Source of the DNA: Actinobacteria bacterium UBA7524
Lineage (GTDB): Bacteria > Actinomycetota > Coriobacteriia > Anaerosomatales > UBA912
Length of the DNA stretch: 56,107 nucleotides
NCBI GenBank assembly: GCA_002478275.1
Contig: DLMY01000050.1
Location: 1 to 56,107, forward strand
Direction: 5' to 3'
A model generated the notes under the pieces. It saw only the letters and a program-made list of their open reading frames with translations. It made no database searches and was not told the origin of the DNA. The position numbers were made by a program, and so were the translations under genes. Each line of letters starts with the position of its first letter. Position 1 is the first letter of the stretch. This document shows positions 50,556 to 56,107 of this stretch, piece by piece.

Positions 50556-51209
50556 GTGGCAGATGATGCGACCACGCGCTTGTACCAGGCTTTCGTGAGC
50601 CAGGATGCGGGCGCTGCGATCGCGGCCATCGAGCGCGTCAAGAAGGGCGGTACCCCCCAGGAGCAGCTCTTCGACACGATCTTCGCTCCCGCCCTGTCTC
50701 TCCTCGGCGGGGCTTGGGCCATGGGGAGTATCGACGAGATCACCTTTACGCAGGCTTCGGTCGTGGCCGAGCAGATAACCAGCTTCGTCGCGCCCCCGGT
50801 CACTGCGCAGGACACCGGCGTGACGGTGATCATCGGTTCGATGCATAGGGACCATCACAGCATGGGGAAGAACATCATCGCCGCCACCCTCAAGGAGGCG
50901 GGGCATCGGGTGGTCGACATGGGTGTCGACGTGCGGCCATCAGACTTCATGGAGCGCCTCGAGGAAACGGGGGCGCGCATCGTCATCGTGTGCGCGGACA
51001 TGGTCGGGACGGCCCTTGATGTGTCCCGCGTAAGAGAGATGTTCTCCTCGGCGGGGCATGAAGAGGTCCTCATCCTGGTCGCGGGCGGACCCTTCTCGGC
51101 CGATCCGGCTCTAGCGAAGAGCGTCGGTGCCAACGGGATCATCAAAGGGGCGGAGAGTGCACTGAAGCTAGTCGGCCGCATCGCGCGCGAGAAGCTGGGA
51201 GGTGGCTGA
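50556..51209 (+). CDS. Cobalamin-binding (corrinoid) protein
   Basis: Helical cap domain; DHHSMGKNII (DxHxxG); VDMGVDV; LVAGG. Confidence 0.85.
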   Translation: MADDATTRLYQAFVSQDAGAAIAAIERVKKGGTPQEQLFDTIFAPALSLLGGAWAMGSIDEITFTQASVVAEQITSFVAPPVTAQDTGVTVIIGSMHRDHHSMGKNIIAATLKEAGHRVVDMGVDVRPSDFMERLEETGARIVIVCADMVGTALDVSRVREMFSSAGHEEVLILVAGGPFSADPALAKSVGANGIIKGAESALKLVGRIAREKLGGG

Positions 51210-51214
51210 TAGCC

Positions 51215-52378
51215 GTGGCCGACCGCTCCCAGCAGTCAGCGCTCGCGGAGGGCCTTGCACGGCAGGGTCATGTCCAACCTGCGGTCGAGGCGTGCCACGC
51301 GGCCCTGCGGATAGACGATTCCGACCCGCGTATCCACTGTCTGTTGGCGGAACTGATGCTTGCGGGCGACTTCTACGATGAGGCGATCGTCTCGGCGAGC
51401 AGGGCCATCTGGCTCGATGCCGAGTGTTCGCCCGCATATCTCGCACTAGGGCTCGCGTACGACCGGCGCGGAGGCATGTGGGACCAGTCGATCCTTGTAT
51501 GGCACGAGCTTGCTGAAGTCGAGCCGGAACTTGTCATCGCGCACGTCCAGCTTGGCGAGGCGTTCTCGGCCGCAGCCTTCGACGACGAAGCGATAGATGC
51601 GTGGCGCCGGGCTTTGGAGCTGGATCCGACCGAGGCGCGGGCGATGTACAATCTCGCCGTCGCCGCGCTCAAGAAGGAAGGGATGGCCACCGCGCTTCCC
51701 GGGTTCAGGAAAGCGGGGGAGCTCGATCCGAGCCAGGACGACCTGTTCTTCGAGCTCGCGGGGATCTATGACGACGGAAACCCGGCTCCTGATCCCGCTG
51801 ACGTGCCTGATGACCGTCAAGCCAGATTGGACGCCGCGGGAGCTTTGGCGTTCGAGGAGGACTTCTTCGCGGCCGCGGAGCTCATCCGGCTGGTCCTCGA
51901 CGAGAACGCCGACGATGCCGAGGCACTCGGCCTTGTGGCCTATCTGTACTTGAAGCAAGAGGCGGTGAACGAGGCTATGGCCTGCGCGTTGCGGGCCCTC
52001 ACCATATCGACTCGTACGCCTACCGCGGTCTACTGTCTGGGTGTTTCGTTCTCAAAGCGGCCGGGGCTCTCTCGCAACGCGGCGCGCGTGTTCTCTGCGC
52101 TTGCCAAGGCGGTGCCTCACAATGCCATGCCGCACGTGCTGTACGCGGAGTCCTTGCTGGGACTGCAGCGTTACGGTCTGGCTGCCCAGTCATATCGAAA
52201 GGCGCTTCAGCTCGACCCCGCGTGCGTGCGCGCACGCTTCGGGCTGGCCGCAGTGTTGTTGACCGAGGGTGCGTACGCTGATGCGACGTGGGAGATCCGT
52301 CGGGCCGCGTACCACGACACCCGGCGCCAGGGACTGTTCTGGCAGCTCTACGACGCCTACTCCGGGGGGAAACCGTAA
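51215..52378 (+). CDS. Tetratricopeptide repeat protein
   Basis: Repeated A..LDP...A...LG/LA motifs. Confidence 0.88.
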   Translation: MADRSQQSALAEGLARQGHVQPAVEACHAALRIDDSDPRIHCLLAELMLAGDFYDEAIVSASRAIWLDAECSPAYLALGLAYDRRGGMWDQSILVWHELAEVEPELVIAHVQLGEAFSAAAFDDEAIDAWRRALELDPTEARAMYNLAVAALKKEGMATALPGFRKAGELDPSQDDLFFELAGIYDDGNPAPDPADVPDDRQARLDAAGALAFEEDFFAAAELIRLVLDENADDAEALGLVAYLYLKQEAVNEAMACALRALTISTRTPTAVYCLGVSFSKRPGLSRNAARVFSALAKAVPHNAMPHVLYAESLLGLQRYGLAAQSYRKALQLDPACVRARFGLAAVLLTEGAYADATWEIRRAAYHDTRRQGLFWQLYDAYSGGKP

Positions 52379-54405
52379 TGCCTACCCGTCGGGGAAGCAA
52401 GGACAGGCGCGTGAGTCGCGCCACTCGCTCACAGGAGGCGCCTGTCGCCCCTAAGAAGGCTGCGCCCAAAGTCGCGACTCCGACCCCCGCTGAGCCGACC
52501 GCTGCGCCGCAACCCGGCAAGGTGCCGCGCCGGAACGTCCTGTTCCCGGTCGGCGTCAACTACTTCCCGCTCGATGCTGAGACCGACAGCTGGGACGACT
52601 GGTACGGGCGAGACGCAGCAGAGGACTTCGCGGCTCTCGCCGCCGCACGCGTGGCGATGGTACGCGTCTTCATCTCCTGGAAGGTCCTCGAGCCGCAGGT
52701 AGGCCAGTACGACGAGGATGCGATCGAACGCCTTGCCGACCTGCTGGCGGCCGCTCGTGAACACAAGTTGCAGGTCATCGTCTGCTTCTTCGCCGATGAC
52801 CGTCATGCTGAGCTCATTGACGTTCCGTGGGGTAAGAAGCGCGATCCGCGAACGGACTCGTACCTCATCTCACGTGAGGTCGCCTTGATCCAGAAGGTGG
52901 TCAACCGCTTCCGCTCCGAATCCGCGATCTTCGCCTGGGACCTCGGCAACGAGGCGTTCTTCTCGGGCTTCACGGATGTCGGAGAAATCGAGACCTGGGT
53001 CGATGCGATGCGCGATGCCATCCGGGAGGTCGATGGCGAGCGACCGATCACGATGTCGGCCGATCCGGAGACGATGTTCCGGTCCACCGGGGTAGACCCG
53101 CGCTCCGCTCTCGACCGATGCGAGTTCGCCGTGAGCCACGCCACCTCGGCATACCGGGCCTATGCGGCGGAAGGGCCACTGATGCGTGGGCCGAGTACGT
53201 ACCTCGACTCATTCCTGTTGCGATCGGCCGCGCGAGATCTCCCGGTGCTCATGGACGATATCGGCGTGTTCGCGCTGGATAACTCGCCGGCGGAAGAGGC
53301 GGCACAGGTGCGAGTCGCGCTCTTCACGGGCCTGATCAACCGGGCTGCCGGAGTCGTGTTGAAGCGCTACAAGGACCTGGACACGGAGCGGCGTGAGCCG
53401 TACTTCCGCGACCATTTCGAGGTGTTGGTCGGCGTCGCCGATGCCGAAGGGCGTCCGAAGGCATCACTCGCGGAGGTGAGCTCCTTCATCCGCGTTGCCG
53501 CTCGCATCGATCTGCGCCGCTATTCGCTGCTGCAAGAACGTGTAGCGGTCATCATCCCCGCCGAGCGCTACAACCCGTTGCCGGACCTTGCCGGCCTCTA
53601 CGATCCGCGGGCGTGTCTGCAGGCATATGTCGGAGTGAAGGAAGCGCACGTCCCTGTCTCGGTAGCACGCGAGGGCGATGAGTTCGGCGCTTACTCCGTG
53701 CTGGTGATCCCTTCGGTCTTCCGTTTGGAGGATGAGACGTGGGACCGCCTCGTCGAATACGTACAGGGTGGTGGCTCCATCGTGCTCTCGTACGGTGGGG
53801 GTGACGCCCATCCTGCGATCCGCGAGGTGTTCGGGGTGGAGTTCCTGGGGGACGGTGGCGGTCGCGAGACACTGACATGCAGGGTCGCTCAGGCCGACGT
53901 CCTGGGTGCGCTGCGTTCATTCGACGCAGACCTCGATGTACCGAACTTCGCGCTTCTGGGCAGTGGGGGCGCCACGGTTGTGGCCACGGACGCGAAGGGA
54001 AGTCCGCTCCTCACGGTCAACCAGGTCGGGCAGGGCAGGGCGGTCTACGTCGCCGCTCCTGTCGAGCGGGCGCTCGCACAGGGCGATCCCTGGGCTGCGC
54101 CCCCTGCTGTCACCGCCATGCTGCGAGAGGTCTACGGGGCCGTGGCGCGGGGTGCCGGTTGCGGTGCGCCAGTCGCGTGCGATGTGCCACACGTGGAAGT
54201 GGCGCTCTTCACCGGGGAGGATGACGACATCATGGTGCTCCTCAATCACGAACCTCTCAAGGTGACCGCGAATATGGTGTTCGACAGACAAGTCGCTTCA
54301 GTGGCCGACGTACGTGGGGGCGCACCTGTCCAGCTCGACGACACCGCCCTGAGTGTGCCGCTGGACGCCAGCGGCGCGGTGGCCCTTAGGATCATGTATT
54401 CCTGA
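52378..54405 (+). CDS. Clan GH-A glycoside hydrolase-like protein (GH5/GH42-like) with trimerisation-like domain
   Basis: GVNYFP, RVFISW...EPQ.G.YD, AWDLGNE, EYVQGGG. Confidence 0.75.
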   Translation: MPTRRGSKDRRVSRATRSQEAPVAPKKAAPKVATPTPAEPTAAPQPGKVPRRNVLFPVGVNYFPLDAETDSWDDWYGRDAAEDFAALAAARVAMVRVFISWKVLEPQVGQYDEDAIERLADLLAAAREHKLQVIVCFFADDRHAELIDVPWGKKRDPRTDSYLISREVALIQKVVNRFRSESAIFAWDLGNEAFFSGFTDVGEIETWVDAMRDAIREVDGERPITMSADPETMFRSTGVDPRSALDRCEFAVSHATSAYRAYAAEGPLMRGPSTYLDSFLLRSAARDLPVLMDDIGVFALDNSPAEEAAQVRVALFTGLINRAAGVVLKRYKDLDTERREPYFRDHFEVLVGVADAEGRPKASLAEVSSFIRVAARIDLRRYSLLQERVAVIIPAERYNPLPDLAGLYDPRACLQAYVGVKEAHVPVSVAREGDEFGAYSVLVIPSVFRLEDETWDRLVEYVQGGGSIVLSYGGGDAHPAIREVFGVEFLGDGGGRETLTCRVAQADVLGALRSFDADLDVPNFALLGSGGATVVATDAKGSPLLTVNQVGQGRAVYVAAPVERALAQGDPWAAPPAVTAMLREVYGAVARGAGCGAPVACDVPHVEVALFTGEDDDIMVLLNHEPLKVTANMVFDRQVASVADVRGGAPVQLDDTALSVPLDASGAVALRIMYS

Positions 54406-54476
54406 GTGTGTGCGGGACGAGAGGGTGGTAGACTCGTGTGCGAGTTTCCTGCTGGGTGGATTCTGGGGGTCATGAA

Positions 54477-55847
54477 GTGACGGACGACCGACCGCGCCAC
54501 ACGACCACGTTCCTTCTTGAGTCGTGGCTCGAGCTCAGTGATGTGATCGACGACCATCCTGAGGTCAAGGACCTTCTGTTCGACCCGGTCACCGGTCTGC
54601 CCACCACCCCTTTGCTCTTCCCGCGTATTCGTATGCTGCTCGAAGAACGAGGCGAGGTCTCTCTTCTTGCCATCAATATCGTGAAGTACTCCAAGATCGA
54701 GGAGATCTTCGGTTGGCGTGTGTTCGACGACGTGATGCGCGAGGCGGCCAACGCCCTCGAGTCGATAGCGGGATCGGTGATCCGCGACTCGGACATCGTC
54801 GCCGAACTCATGGTTTCCGGCAACGCGTTCGTGGTAGTGCTCTCTCCTCCGAGAGACACACTGCATATGGATCCCGACTCGCGGCAGATGATCGTGCACA
54901 AGGTCGAGAAGAGTATCCGGGAGTCCCTGGCAGAGCGTATCGAGCCGGCGATCTACAGGATGTTCGGCTGCTACGCCGGTGCCGCGACCGTCGTCATGGA
55001 TCCCAACATCCGGCTTGAGCGCCTGGTACATCGTGGACTCGATCTGGCGCTTGGCGATTCAGGTTCGAGGGAAGCGGCCGATGCGGTCGAGCGTGAGCAG
55101 CGCCTGCGCGAGATAATCGCCGAGGAGAACGTCACGACACTCGTACATCCGATCTTCGATCTGGAGGATTTCTCGGTCATCGGATACGAGGCCCTGTCGC
55201 GCGGTCCCGCAGACACGGAATTCGAGAGGCCCGACAAGCTCTTCCGTGTCGCATACGATGCCGATCTCGTGCTCAGGCTGGAACGACTGTGTCGCAAGAA
55301 GGCCCTCGAGGCGGCGACGAACCTGCCCCCGGACAAGATGCTGTTCCTCAACATCGAACCCGAGGCAGTGGCGGATCCGGAGCTACGCGAGATCATGACC
55401 TCGACCATTCTCTCGCAGTCCAGCGTCACTCCCGATCGCATCGTGCTCGAGATCACGGAGCACGCGGCCGTCGCGGACTTCGTTACCTTCCGGTCCACAC
55501 TCGAGTATCTCCGCGCGCTCGGGTTCAGTATGGCTATCGATGATGCGGGGGCAGGCTATGGGTCGATCCAGTGCCTGTCCGAGACGAACCCGGCCTGGAT
55601 GAAGATCGACATGTGTCTCATACGCGACATCGATCACGATGACATCCGAGTGCACATGGTCGACAACATCGTGAGGTATGCCGCTGGCAGAGACGTCAAG
55701 CTGGTCGCCGAGGGGATCGAGACTCGCGAGGAGCTCCTCGAACTCAAGAGGCTCGGCATCCGCTACGGTCAGGGTTTCCTGTTCGGGCAGCCCGTCGAGC
55801 CCTTCCCGGCCGACAGCGAGTTCGACTCGTTGCGCGAGTCGCTCTAG
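54477..55847 (+). CDS. Degenerate GGDEF plus EAL c-di-GMP phosphodiesterase
   Basis: DPVTGLP but SGNAF in place of GGDEF; EALSR, LEITE, IDDAGAGY, KID, AEGIE, QGF. Confidence 0.88.
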   Translation: MTDDRPRHTTTFLLESWLELSDVIDDHPEVKDLLFDPVTGLPTTPLLFPRIRMLLEERGEVSLLAINIVKYSKIEEIFGWRVFDDVMREAANALESIAGSVIRDSDIVAELMVSGNAFVVVLSPPRDTLHMDPDSRQMIVHKVEKSIRESLAERIEPAIYRMFGCYAGAATVVMDPNIRLERLVHRGLDLALGDSGSREAADAVEREQRLREIIAEENVTTLVHPIFDLEDFSVIGYEALSRGPADTEFERPDKLFRVAYDADLVLRLERLCRKKALEAATNLPPDKMLFLNIEPEAVADPELREIMTSTILSQSSVTPDRIVLEITEHAAVADFVTFRSTLEYLRALGFSMAIDDAGAGYGSIQCLSETNPAWMKIDMCLIRDIDHDDIRVHMVDNIVRYAAGRDVKLVAEGIETREELLELKRLGIRYGQGFLFGQPVEPFPADSEFDSLRESL

Positions 55848-55895
55848 ATAGTGGCGCACGGCAAATACCCTGCGACATGAGAGGAAGTCAACCCG

Positions 55896-56107
55896 ATGGA
55901 GCCCGTCAGGCTCACTCAGTTGTCCTCGAAAGCCGGTTGAGCAGCGAAGTGGGGTCCGGGAGACCTCGCCGCAGTACTCGAACGCTTCGACCCCGGCCAT
56001 GCCGAGGAACTCATGGTAGGCTTCGACACTTCCGACGACGCCGCCGTCTATAGCCTCGGCGAGGCGACGGGGCGTCTGTCCGTCCACCTCTTTACGCCCC
56101 TGGTCGA
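55896..56107 (+). CDS. selD: Selenophosphate synthetase, selenoprotein form (partial); absent from the ORF track
   Basis: MEPVRLTQLSSKAG-TGA-AAKWGPGDL...LMVGFDTSDDAAVY...FTPLV; TGA at 55938-55940. Confidence 0.92.
55949..55969 (+). promoter_or_regulatory. Bacterial SECIS-like hairpin
   Basis: GTGGGGTC-CGGGA-GACCTCGC starting 9 nt after the TGA. Confidence 0.7.

Overview
High-GC chromosomal window, most consistent with an anaerobic Actinomycetota (Coriobacteriia-like; inferred from CWB2 surface proteins, a GlnR-type box, Sec-containing SelD and mfd-mazG-eno-ftsB-DUF501-ppx-tRNA-Leu synteny). It holds three intact tRNAs: Ser-GGA, Ser-CGA and Leu-UAA. A ~14.3 kb integrative element (11072-25386) sits in tRNA-Ser(CGA) in an unusual geometry: the 68-bp direct repeat covers the tRNA leader and 5' half, so the element supplies the replacement 5' half and promoter. 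The element carries a CGNR-type zinc-finger gene, a primase-polymerase/ATPase followed by a perfect 18-bp inverted repeat, an internal tyrosine integrase and defence-like cargo (Mrr, two adenine MTases plus an AlwI-family REase, an orphan DGQHR protein, three poorly known ORFs). An AbiEi/AbiEii pair follows the tRNA. Outside the element are two c-di-GMP-II-type riboswitches in front of uncharacterised secreted proteins, three CWB2 cell-wall proteins (one an 11-heme OTR-like cytochrome, one with 21 RCC1 repeats), amtB-glnK, an AlkZ-family fusion, a corrinoid/TPR/glycoside hydrolase/EAL cluster and the start of selD with UGA-Sec plus SECIS. All calls are from motif reading by eye; no database searches were run.
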